The notes below the pieces were generated by a model, which was not told where the DNA came from, searched no databases, and saw only the letters and a program-made list of their open reading frames with translations. 64,000 nt of DNA from an uncultured Poribacteria bacterium (GTDB lineage: Bacteria; Poribacteria; WGA-4E; WGA-3G). The translations under genes and the position numbers were made by a program. The DNA lies in NCBI GenBank assembly GCA_958296135.2, contig CATQHZ020000001.1, positions 1,504,001 to 1,568,000 on the forward strand, written 5' to 3'. Of this stretch, positions 1 to 8,625 are shown in pieces. Position 1 is the first letter of the stretch. Every line of letters starts with the position of its first letter.

Positions 1-518
1 GTTGCGAAAAGCCTGCGCGTCCGCGCTATTCCCACCGCATCTTTCCGATGCGAGACGAAGATGACGCTTACTTCTTCGCGGTTGAGTTCTTCGCTTTCTG
101 CAAGTGCCTTTTTAATGCCTTCAACGCGGTGCTGTCCATCAATCGCGAACAGCGTCTCCGCGCCATCAAGCCGGAGGATGCCGAGGGCTCCCTCCAAATA
201 GAGTGGGAGTGCCTCTGCGTCAAAGTGGCGGTTCGTGCCAATTGCCAATTCATACCAATCCGGCGAGCCTCCGTAAACGCCAACGATGAGGGCATTAAAG
301 AACCGCTGCGGTTGATTTAGCAGGTAGTCCGAGATTTCACCGGCGCGCTTGGCAATCTGCTGTTGCACCATCGCCTTGAGTGTTGGGCTTGAGTGGATTT
401 CCTCGGCGATGTGGACGCGCTTGGCAATCTCTTCCATTTGAAGAAAGGTGACATAGTAAACCCAATCGCCCATGTGGGCTCTCAGCGCAGGGAGAAGAAG
501 TTCGTTGGTTTTTGTCAT
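1..518 (-). CDS. DGQHR-domain (DndB-like) protein, 3' end runs off window
   Basis: Absent from the ORF track because it is open-ended. My translation from ATG 518: MTKTNELLLPALRAHMGDWVYYVTFLQMEEIAKRV...QRFFNALIVGVYGGSPDWYE...TLFAIDGQHRVEGIKKAL...RTRRLFA. The start overlaps the upstream TAA (TAATG). Confidence 0.85.
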   Translation of the reverse strand, partial: MTKTNELLLPALRAHMGDWVYYVTFLQMEEIAKRVHIAEEIHSSPTLKAMVQQQIAKRAGEISDYLLNQPQRFFNALIVGVYGGSPDWYELAIGTNRHFDAEALPLYLEGALGILRLDGAETLFAIDGQHRVEGIKKALAESEELNREEVSVIFVSHRKDAVGIARTRRLFA

Positions 519-774
519 TAGAAAACACCTCTGACGCGACGAACCCCTGAAGGGAGCTGCTCATTACAAGGCGGCACGAACGAAGTGCTGAGTGCATCTT
601 CTATTTCGTGAATCCGTTCAACTTGCGGAATTACCGCATAACAGAAATGGAGATAGCCTTGATACTTGTTCAACAACCGCAAGATGTTTGAGCGTCCTGC
701 TGGATTGTTCTGCTCACGAAGATACTCGTTGATCGGGAGCCCAAACAAGTCAAGATCCGACGAGTTTTACCTAT
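518..774 (-). pseudogene. Probable 5'-truncated, frameshifted GIY-YIG-like nuclease remnant
   Basis: ORF 518-748 (NEYLREQ...GYLHFCYA...IEDAL...PPCN) resembles a GIY-YIG C-terminal half. An IGKTRRIL string lies in another frame starting at 774, overlapping the miaB stop codon. Confidence 0.45.
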
Positions 775-2207
775 AGAACAATCTGCCCTATCAACGTATG
801 CGCCGTGGTGCTCTCAATGCAAACATCAACCATGTCCCCTACCGCGCTGTTCGCCATCGGAAACACCGTCGTTTTGAAGCCGTCTGTTTTTCCGTAATAC
901 CGGTTTGCGTCGCGGCGGGATTCGCCTTCTACCAGCACAGTAAACGTCTCGCCGATAGCGGCATCGTTAATCTCTGCAGAGATTTTCTCTTGGAGCGCGA
1001 TAATTTCCCTGAGTCGTCTCCCCTTCTCCGTTTCCTGCACATCGTCTGGGAACGCCTTATGCGCGAGGGTGCCCTCCCGGTCGGAATACTTGAACATGAA
1101 CGCCGAATCGTAACGGATGTCTGCCATCATCTCATACGTCTGCATGAATTCCGCTTCGGTTTCACCACAGAACCCGACGATGATATCTGTGGTGAGGACG
1201 ATGTTGGGGATGCGTTCGCGGAGTTTCGCGACTAAGTCGCGGTATTCCTCCGCCGTATAGGTGCGGCGCATCCGCTCCAACACCGATGTAGAACCGGATT
1301 GCAGCGGCAGGTGCAGGTGGTTACAGACGTTTGGCGAGTTCGCCATTGCGTCTATCATGCTGTCGGTGGCATCTGCTGGGTGCGGAGACGTAAAGCGCAC
1401 GCGTTCTAGTCCGTTCACGTTGCTAACGGCATGGAGCAATTCGCCGAAGTCAGAACCACTTGTTCCGGTGGGCGTGTTCTCCCTATTTTGACTTTCATAG
1501 CGATAGGAGTTGACAGTCTGGCCGAGGAGGACTACCTCCTTGAACCCCTGTTCTACTAGTTTTTCGACATCTTCGACGAGCAGTTTGAGCGGCAGGCTTC
1601 GTTCTCTGCCTCGCACGAACGGGACGATACAGAAGGTGCACATCTTATCGCATCCCCGCTGGATTGTGAGCCAGGCGCGAATTCCCTCCTTTCGGATAGG
1701 GGCGATATCGGCGTAATCCTCGCTTTTGTCCAACCGCACGCCTAAAAACGGGTCGCGATTTGTCACAGCATTCAGTGCCATCGGCAGGTTCCGATAGGCA
1801 TCGGGGCCCATCACCAGATCGACGTACGGTGCGGCCTCCACCAGCCGGTCGCGGAGGTGCTGCGCCATGCAGCCACACACGCCGATGATGAGCTCCGGGT
1901 CGCGGCGTTTACGGTGGTTCAACTGCTTTAACCGATTGAGCACCTTCGTCTCGGCATTCTCCCGAATGGCGCAGGTGTTGAGTAGCACGACATCTGCATC
2001 GTCCAAGTGTGACACCGTCCGATGTCCACTTTGAGTGAGAATGCCGGCCATCAGTTCGCTGTCGCTGACGTTCATCTGACAGCCGTAAGTCTCGATGTAT
2101 ATCTTACGCGCTTGCGAGAGGGCCGCGGTGTGTTGTAACCCTGCTTTCTGATAGATGGGTAAACGAGTGATTGTGCTTTTTTCCACGTTTTGTGCCTCTA
2201 TAGCCAT
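771..2207 (-). CDS. miaB: tRNA-2-methylthio-N6-dimethylallyladenosine synthase
   Basis: TYGCQMN, NTCAIRENAE, radical SAM motif CDKMCTFC, C-terminal TRAM domain. Confidence 0.95.
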   Translation of the reverse strand: MAIEAQNVEKSTITRLPIYQKAGLQHTAALSQARKIYIETYGCQMNVSDSELMAGILTQSGHRTVSHLDDADVVLLNTCAIRENAETKVLNRLKQLNHRKRRDPELIIGVCGCMAQHLRDRLVEAAPYVDLVMGPDAYRNLPMALNAVTNRDPFLGVRLDKSEDYADIAPIRKEGIRAWLTIQRGCDKMCTFCIVPFVRGRERSLPLKLLVEDVEKLVEQGFKEVVLLGQTVNSYRYESQNRENTPTGTSGSDFGELLHAVSNVNGLERVRFTSPHPADATDSMIDAMANSPNVCNHLHLPLQSGSTSVLERMRRTYTAEEYRDLVAKLRERIPNIVLTTDIIVGFCGETEAEFMQTYEMMADIRYDSAFMFKYSDREGTLAHKAFPDDVQETEKGRRLREIIALQEKISAEINDAAIGETFTVLVEGESRRDANRYYGKTDGFKTTVFPMANSAVGDMVDVCIESTTAHTLIGQIVL

Positions 2208-2307
2208 TAAGCTCTTAAGGGTTTTTTATTCGGAATGGGGCTTTTTTGTGATTGCCTCATCGGTTCTGCTTTTGCGAGAACTGCGTTCATCTGAATGCTA
2301 TGCGTTA

Positions 2308-2336
2308 ATTATACCATAATATCTGTGTTAATGCAA
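2308..2336 (-). promoter_or_regulatory. sigma70-type promoter for miaB
   Basis: TTGCAT-17 bp-TATAAT with TG extension on the minus strand. Confidence 0.6.
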
Positions 2337-2430
2337 ATTGATTTGCATTTTGCCGAGGGAATAGGTTACACTATATTGAGATAAGTCGCGACCTTGCGAA
2401 AAAATAAGACATTTGAAAGGAGGGCGCATC

Positions 2431-3141
2431 ATGCCCGTCATCGGAATCACGTCCAAAGATAGGACAGGGATGACTAATTATATCAATGCAATTCAGGAAT
2501 TCGGTGGAGAACCGCTTGTCTTTGCTTCACTAGACAGATCTGTTCGCGCGCACCACGCGGCTATTCCCGAATACCTCGATCAAATTGATGGACTGCTGCT
2601 GCCGGGCGGCGGCGACATCAATCCATGCCTTTATTTTCAGGAACGGCACCGTAACGTTAGAGGTGTTAGTAGATCGCGCGATGCACTAGAGATATGGCTG
2701 TTCCAAAATGCTTTGGAAGCCAACCTTCCGGTCCTCGGCATCTGCCGCGGCATCCAGATTATGAGTGTTGCGATGCGAGGAAGTCTGTATCAGGATATTG
2801 CGGATACGGTGCCGCGGGATACCTTATGTCATACACGAGTGGATGGCACCGATTCTCGGCATGACATTGAGATAGATGATGGCAGTTTACTGCGTCACAT
2901 CGTGGGTAGTCGCGGTGCTGAGGTGAATTCGGCGCATCATCAGGCAGTGGACGCAGGTGGTGAAGGGCTCGTCGTCACAGCGCGTAGCACCGAGGATGGC
3001 ATCATTGAGGCTATTGAGCGTCCCGACAAGCGGTTTATGCTCGGCGTGCAATATCACCCGGAACGGATGCTCAAGGCGCGCGAGTTGCGCGAACACGGTG
3101 CGAAACTCTTTACGGCGTTCATTGAAGCGGCGGCTTCCTAA
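2431..3141 (+). CDS. Gamma-glutamyl-gamma-aminobutyrate hydrolase family (peptidase C26, PuuD-like)
   Basis: LLPGGGDI, GICRGIQ nucleophile, VNSAHHQAV, GVQYHPE; AAGGAGG SD before ATG 2431. Confidence 0.9.
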   Translation: MPVIGITSKDRTGMTNYINAIQEFGGEPLVFASLDRSVRAHHAAIPEYLDQIDGLLLPGGGDINPCLYFQERHRNVRGVSRSRDALEIWLFQNALEANLPVLGICRGIQIMSVAMRGSLYQDIADTVPRDTLCHTRVDGTDSRHDIEIDDGSLLRHIVGSRGAEVNSAHHQAVDAGGEGLVVTARSTEDGIIEAIERPDKRFMLGVQYHPERMLKARELREHGAKLFTAFIEAAAS

Positions 3142-3147
3142 TTATTA

Positions 3148-3293
3148 CCGTAGGGCGAGGGTCTGTCCCTCGCCGTGCGCCGATAGCTACGGCTTGTTTC
3201 CGTAGGGCGAGGGTCTGTCCCTCGCTGTGCGCCGATAGCTACGGCTTGTTTCCGTAGGGCGAGGGCCTGTCCCTCGCCGTGCGCCGATAGCTA
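3148..3293. repeat. Tandem 52-bp repeat (about 2.8 copies) of a GTAG-type REP palindrome
   Basis: ccGTAGGGCGAGGGtctgtCCCTCGCcgtgcgccgatagcta starts at 3148, 3200 and 3252 with identical linkers. Confidence 0.9.
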
Positions 3294-3315
3294 GATAAAA
3301 AAAGGAGCACACAAC

Positions 3316-4005
3316 ATGTCCCCTATTATCGGAATCACGTTAACAGACAATATTGCGGACACCGGGATGAATAACTATACGTGCGCTGTGGAGCAGCACG
3401 GTGGAGTCGTTCGCTGCATCACCCCGGGTGAAGAACCTAGCATCTCTGGGCTTGATGGGCTGCTGCTCACCGGCGGCGGCGATATCCATCCCGACTACTT
3501 TCACCAACCGTGGCACCCCTCGCTGAAATACGTTAACGAAGCGCGCGACGAACTGGAGATACCGCTGTTTCAACAAGCGTTGGAGGCAGACATCCCTGTC
3601 TTCGGGATTTGCCGCGGCATCCAAATTATGAGCATCGCGATGGCCGGAAGTCTGTATCAGGATATTGAGGATACGGTGCCGCGGGATACCTTATGTCATA
3701 CACGAGTGGGCATCACCGATTCTCGGCATGACATTGAGATAGATGATGGCAGTCTACTGCGTCACATCGTAGGCGGGCGCGTCGCCGAGGTGAATTCGGC
3801 GCATCATCAAGCAGTGAATGAACTCGGCGAGGGATTCGTCGTCACGGCGCGCACCGAAGATGGCATAATTGAGGCGATGGAGAATCCGTCCAAACGGTTT
3901 ATGCTCGGCGTGCAATATCACCCGGAACGGATGCTCAAGGAGCACGAGTTGCGCGAACATGGAGCGAAACTTTTTGAGGCGTTTATCAGGGCAGCGGCCT
4001 CCTGA
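3316..4005 (+). CDS. Second peptidase C26 / PuuD-like paralog
   Basis: LLTGGGDI, GICRGIQ, VNSAHHQAV, GVQYHPE; AAGGAG SD. Confidence 0.9.
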   Translation: MSPIIGITLTDNIADTGMNNYTCAVEQHGGVVRCITPGEEPSISGLDGLLLTGGGDIHPDYFHQPWHPSLKYVNEARDELEIPLFQQALEADIPVFGICRGIQIMSIAMAGSLYQDIEDTVPRDTLCHTRVGITDSRHDIEIDDGSLLRHIVGGRVAEVNSAHHQAVNELGEGFVVTARTEDGIIEAMENPSKRFMLGVQYHPERMLKEHELREHGAKLFEAFIRAAAS

Positions 4006-4016
4006 GAATTGGCGGC

Positions 4017-4038
4017 GGGCGGATAGAGACATCCGCCC
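4017..4038. repeat. REP family B palindrome GGGCGGATAGAGACATCCGCCC
   Basis: Other copies at about 14766-14785, 15341-15369, 21869-21894, 39374-39399, 41988-42016, and inside a CDS at 49848-49873 and 52389-52414. Confidence 0.85.
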
Positions 4039-4125
4039 ATACAATCCGAGGCAGAGGCATTTCAGCAGACATGAAGGAATGTCCTAACGGCACTAAAGAA
4101 ACGTGTGGCGGTGTGACATCCTGCG

Positions 4126-5049
4126 TTAAAAATTTGCCACTAACGAGAACCGATGCGTTAACCCTAACACTCCGAACGGCACCAGCGCGTAATCGATCTG
4201 GAACCGCCGAAGCGTGAGCCCAAAACCGCCTGTTAACCCAGAAGTGCCGCCTAAATCGTTGCCGCCCAACTTGTATTTGTAGCCGGTGCGCAGTTGCAAG
4301 ATGCTGGCTATTGTATAGGCGGCACCCACGCCGGTGGTAATGTCATTATCAGAAGGACGCACGACATCGGCTGTTAGCATGAAGGCATCGCCCCACGGAC
4401 GGTAAGCCGCGCCGAACCGAAACGTAAACGGCAACCCGAACGCCTCCTCTACGAACCTCACGCGTGGTCCGACGTGCTGCGCGTTGAAGCCGAGAGATAG
4501 GGGAAGTTTTGGGAACGTGTAAAGCCCCCCGAAATCGAAGGCGATGCCGGTGCCGCTCTCATCGGCAATCTGCTCGCGCAGGAACTTTGCATTTGCGCCG
4601 AACGCGAGATTCGGGGTAACGGCGTTCGCATACGAGACGATAAGTGCCAGATCATAGGGCCGGAAGATAGTTGTCTCGTTGCCATCCCGGTCGCGGCCTT
4701 GCAATTCGCCGAAGGATAAGTAATTCGCGCTCGCGCCGATTGTCCCGATATCGCCGATTGGGAGCGCGAAGCCGATGAATTCGTGGTTGATGCCCGCGAA
4801 CCATTCGTTATGCATCAGCGCGAGTTGCGGCTGCTGGAGCCGTGCGAGGCCGGCGGGGTTCCAGTAGGATGCGTAAAGATCATCGGTTGCGGCGACGTGT
4901 GATTCGCCCATGCCCATCGCCTTCGCGCCGATTCCGATTTTGAGGAATGTCATTGCGCGGGTGCCGGCGTTTTGGTGGATGTCGGTATTTTGTGCCGCTG
5001 CTGGTATGGCTGCGATGATGAGGGTTATGATGAGGAGAAATCGGTTCAT
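4126..5049 (-). CDS. PorV/PorQ-family outer-membrane beta-barrel protein
   Basis: Signal peptide, FLKIGIGAKAMGMG, YWNPAGL, C-terminal THRFSL...F. Confidence 0.8.
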   Translation of the reverse strand: MNRFLLIITLIIAAIPAAAQNTDIHQNAGTRAMTFLKIGIGAKAMGMGESHVAATDDLYASYWNPAGLARLQQPQLALMHNEWFAGINHEFIGFALPIGDIGTIGASANYLSFGELQGRDRDGNETTIFRPYDLALIVSYANAVTPNLAFGANAKFLREQIADESGTGIAFDFGGLYTFPKLPLSLGFNAQHVGPRVRFVEEAFGLPFTFRFGAAYRPWGDAFMLTADVVRPSDNDITTGVGAAYTIASILQLRTGYKYKLGGNDLGGTSGLTGGFGLTLRRFQIDYALVPFGVLGLTHRFSLVANF

Positions 5050-5062
5050 GCAGTGTCTCCGG

Positions 5063-8000
5063 TTAGTCGGTTGAGTCTTCGTCGGTATCGTCGGTGCTTT
5101 CGTAATAGGCCAGAACTGCTTTCATGTCCCGCCAGTGTCGCTCCACAAACCGAAGCGTTATCTGACGGTTGCCGAGTTTCAAGGGAACTGAAAAATTGCC
5201 TGAATTTGAAACCATCAGCAAATTTTTCAATTCCTCCATTGCTTCGGGCACTTGCTTGATAAACTCCTTGTATTGTGGTGAGCACTTTGGACAGAGAGCC
5301 AAGAATTGCGCCTCGTACTCTTTCGTGAAACAGTCTTTCAGAACTTCAACGGCAGCAAAGTGGTACTCACCGCTGCGGTTCTTAAAAGGCATTTCCTCGT
5401 GACATATCTGGCACACCATCTGGTCTGCCTCGTTCGTGTACGACTGCTTCAGATAAGTCTTTGGGAAAATCCAGTCTCTTGAAGCTCGAACGCTTTTCAT
5501 CTGATGCTCGTACTTCTGATCCGGGGCTTCGTCAAGGTCTGCTAAGGTTCTCCTTGTTCTCTGTGCAGGATCTGGCACGGGCCTTTCTGGAAAATGGGGA
5601 GATGTGGAAGGAATTAGGATAGGTTTAGGCTCGGGCGGGAAGAGAATAGCCGATAGTTCCTCTGGAGTTCTCTCCATTATGTTTGCCAGTCTACGGATGA
5701 GGCTTGACAGATCGTCGCGCTCACTTTGCATACCTAGTTGGTTCGCTAGCCGCTCATCACGTTTGAATGAGTCCGGAAGTTGGTCTAGGGTAAGTTCGCT
5801 GGGTTTGCACAGGGTTCCATTGGCCCCTGGGAGCCACGCCGTATCAATCAGTAAACGCCCAAAATGTTGGGATACTGTTTCCACGACATCATAAGTTGAT
5901 GCGAAAGACGAAAAATCCTGTCGGCTTGACCAGATGACCTTCCCACTAATGCAGTGACAATAAGGGATCGCTAAGCGGTTCCAGATTATCTCGCTTTTTG
6001 CAGGTGATGGGTTCATCAAGGCATTTTCGAGACCGTCAATTTTGATGTCTGGATCAAACCCTTCTAATCCGCGTCTGTAGCAGTCGCTTCTAGAATCAGG
6101 ATATATGGAATTGTTAAGATGAATATCATATGTCGTTCCAGGGGTTGACTCGCAAGTGACACGAATACTCCGTGAAACCCCTAATTCCTTGAGCATGTCA
6201 TGATGTCCTTCAGCATATTCAGGACTGACAAACTGATAGGAAGCGTATCCCTCAAAATACACGCGCAACTCATTGGTTGGAAGATAGAGTTCCTCGGGTT
6301 TCCGATAAACCGGGCCGTTTTCGTCCAGACTTTCGACAAGAATAAACGGTGTCTCCTGCAGCGCGTTTCGGAGTCGCCTTCTCGCCTTGTCGGAATCTGT
6401 GTTATTGGCGCGTTCGATTCTGTCAAAATCTCTTCTGTGAGTTTCAACAGGGACTATAGAGGAAGCGTCCTTATATTTCGGTAGGATATTTCTGATGACA
6501 TCCTCAACGATATCCCACTCGCGAAGCCCCAGATTTTCCAGAAATCGGCGAGCTTCTTCATCTTGAGAGATTTCCAACATCACAATCGGCAATGAAGTAT
6601 CAGTATCCGTTCCGATGGGCAAATACGCGTTAGGTGGGCCGTCTGCCGCGAATGGACTAACGTGCGTCCTGTCCTGGAGGCGGAGGATAGGCTCTGTCCG
6701 GAGGATATGTGCCACTGCCGTTTGGTCTAATAAGAACCTATAGAATTCAATAAACCAATCGTTAGGTTGCACGGAGAGGAACGGTATGGATAGTCGGCGC
6801 GCGAACATAACCGGAGTGACTTCTTCAATACCCAAGTCCATGAGGTACCGACGAAGAGTAAGCGTGCGATCTAACGTAATGTCGGCGGATAACCACTTGA
6901 TTTCGCTCTCATCCCTGGGAAACAACTCTCCTAATTGGGCGTGGCTGAGAAGATTTCTAATAGCATCCCCACGCGCAAGTTTGGCGTTTTGTGCAGAAAC
7001 AAACGTGCCATCGTTAGCGGGAAGAAACTCCTGCGTTCTGAAGGCTTCGCACGCTTCGCTGTGTATAGGGTAAAATAGGTTCCCTCCCTCCAGATTTTTC
7101 AGACTACTCGCGAGTGTGTCAAGGAAACAAACGGTTAAGAGTTTCTGCTCCTTTAAGAGAGGGAATAGTCCGGAAGTGACTACATCGGCAACGCAGTCGA
7201 TCAACCAGTGATTCCAGAGATTGTCTTGCTGAATGCGTTCGCGCGAACTTGTTAGAATGAAATCGGCGTTGATTAAAAATGGAAAATCCGTGTCGGATAC
7301 AGGCAGATAGGCGAAAATCTTTTTGATACCCGTGGAATTTTCATCTAGCGGAAATGCGATTGAGACACCTCGATCTGCTATTCCTTCCCGCTTTTCGTGA
7401 TGAATTTCCGTTGGTTTGTGAAAGGTTTTGGTACACACTAAAAACTCATCAACGGTGGAGAAAGAATCCTCTTGTTTACTACCTTCAACGAGGACCTCAA
7501 TTTTGGGGAACTCATCAGCGTTTTTCAAAATTGCTAAATCGGTTCCGGTATCTGTCTCTATTCGGATTTCCTGTAATTTTGACAGAAAAAGGATAGTTTC
7601 CGGCTCGATCTCTAGGAGCATTTCTTCGATTTTATCATAGCCAAATTCCGCCTTCGTTAGCGGCAGGATGATATTGGTTTGGGAGAGATCTAAACCTTCC
7701 GGCGATGTATCAACCCATTGCGGTACGATGTATCCAAGTCCTGTTTGCTCATCGCGTTCCGGCAGACAGAAATGGTAGCCGTTGGAAAAAATGTGAGGGT
7801 TTTCCGTTACGCGAAAAACAGACTTAAAACCGATCCCTTTTTCCCCGATATAACCTTGTGCCTTCTCCTTTGTTGTTTCACCAACAGCACAGATAGCATC
7901 CACATTACGATCTGTAAAGCCGGTTTCGTTGTTGTGGATAATCAGCGCGCCATCGGCCCCTTCGCTACCGGTTGGGTCTATTTTCGTTAACCGGAAGGAG

Positions 8001-8203
8001 AGAGAAGGCGAAGACTCATGATAAGAGTTGTCTTCAGCGTTCTGAATCAACTCAAAGATAAAATGGGTATGTTTGTTGTATAGGTCGTCCGCAAGAGTCC
8101 GAACTGAATTGTTCAGGCTATCTTTAAGACGCTTAAGTTGTTCGCTGGCCGGCTGAAAGTCATTCCGAATTTGCTGAATGTGGAGAAATTGTTTGCTTGG
8201 CAT
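5063..8203 (-). CDS. Sacsin-like GHKL ATPase with C-terminal HNH-like Zn-nuclease domain
   Basis: FELIQNAEDN, NNETGF, IGEKGIGFKSVF (GHKL motifs); C-terminal CQIC...LALCPKC; AAAGGAGG SD before ATG 8203. Confidence 0.75.
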   Translation of the reverse strand: MPSKQFLHIQQIRNDFQPASEQLKRLKDSLNNSVRTLADDLYNKHTHFIFELIQNAEDNSYHESSPSLSFRLTKIDPTGSEGADGALIIHNNETGFTDRNVDAICAVGETTKEKAQGYIGEKGIGFKSVFRVTENPHIFSNGYHFCLPERDEQTGLGYIVPQWVDTSPEGLDLSQTNIILPLTKAEFGYDKIEEMLLEIEPETILFLSKLQEIRIETDTGTDLAILKNADEFPKIEVLVEGSKQEDSFSTVDEFLVCTKTFHKPTEIHHEKREGIADRGVSIAFPLDENSTGIKKIFAYLPVSDTDFPFLINADFILTSSRERIQQDNLWNHWLIDCVADVVTSGLFPLLKEQKLLTVCFLDTLASSLKNLEGGNLFYPIHSEACEAFRTQEFLPANDGTFVSAQNAKLARGDAIRNLLSHAQLGELFPRDESEIKWLSADITLDRTLTLRRYLMDLGIEEVTPVMFARRLSIPFLSVQPNDWFIEFYRFLLDQTAVAHILRTEPILRLQDRTHVSPFAADGPPNAYLPIGTDTDTSLPIVMLEISQDEEARRFLENLGLREWDIVEDVIRNILPKYKDASSIVPVETHRRDFDRIERANNTDSDKARRRLRNALQETPFILVESLDENGPVYRKPEELYLPTNELRVYFEGYASYQFVSPEYAEGHHDMLKELGVSRSIRVTCESTPGTTYDIHLNNSIYPDSRSDCYRRGLEGFDPDIKIDGLENALMNPSPAKSEIIWNRLAIPYCHCISGKVIWSSRQDFSSFASTYDVVETVSQHFGRLLIDTAWLPGANGTLCKPSELTLDQLPDSFKRDERLANQLGMQSERDDLSSLIRRLANIMERTPEELSAILFPPEPKPILIPSTSPHFPERPVPDPAQRTRRTLADLDEAPDQKYEHQMKSVRASRDWIFPKTYLKQSYTNEADQMVCQICHEEMPFKNRSGEYHFAAVEVLKDCFTKEYEAQFLALCPKCSPQYKEFIKQVPEAMEELKNLLMVSNSGNFSVPLKLGNRQITLRFVERHWRDMKAVLAYYESTDDTDEDSTD

Positions 8204-8234
8204 GCGATAGCCTCCTTTGCCTTTAATTTTACCG

Positions 8235-8458
8235 AAGTCTGGACAATTTGCATCAAGTTCCCGTTGCTTTATCAAACTACGAAATAAACTCTATGGAGTT
8301 GCAGTGCCGAATCTCAATTGCCGACGCTGCAAGTTGACTGCCTCCGTCTTTGAGTCGTCGGGGGTTACGAAGCGCGAGACGCGCGCTTATGCCGATGCGG
8401 GAATGGATCCGATGCAACCGTTCGCATCCCCGCGCGTTCTGACAAATTGTCCAAACTT
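8235..8458 (-). ncRNA. Candidate structured leader/ncRNA enclosed by a 16-bp inverted repeat
   Basis: Arms 8235-8250 and 8443-8458 match 15/16; the mismatch is a G.U pair on the minus strand. Internal hairpins are present. Lies between promoter and SD. Confidence 0.4.
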
Positions 8459-8471
8459 TAAGATAATGTTA

Positions 8472-8501
8472 ATTATACCACAATTCGGCGGCATTTGTCA
8501 A
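8472..8501 (-). promoter_or_regulatory. Consensus sigma70 promoter upstream of the sacsin-like gene
   Basis: TTGACA-18 bp-TATAAT with TG extension. Confidence 0.7.
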
Positions 8502-8625
8502 GAGAAAAAATGCGCGCCTGTTCAGAACAATTCAGGTACGTAGCGGGCAAAGTCTGCCGTGTTGAACTGCTGTTGCTATCGCCGATTTCGTTGTGGCGAC
8601 ATGCAGTGCGTCTATGCCGGAGGGA

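Noticed and set aside
3148-3293. Regularly spaced palindromic repeats resembling a CRISPR array
   Set aside because: The intervening sequences are identical (pure 52-bp tandem), there are no cas genes, and the unit is the dispersed REP.
8235-8458. Retron msr-msd
   Set aside because: Inverted repeats are present, but there is no reverse transcriptase gene in the window.
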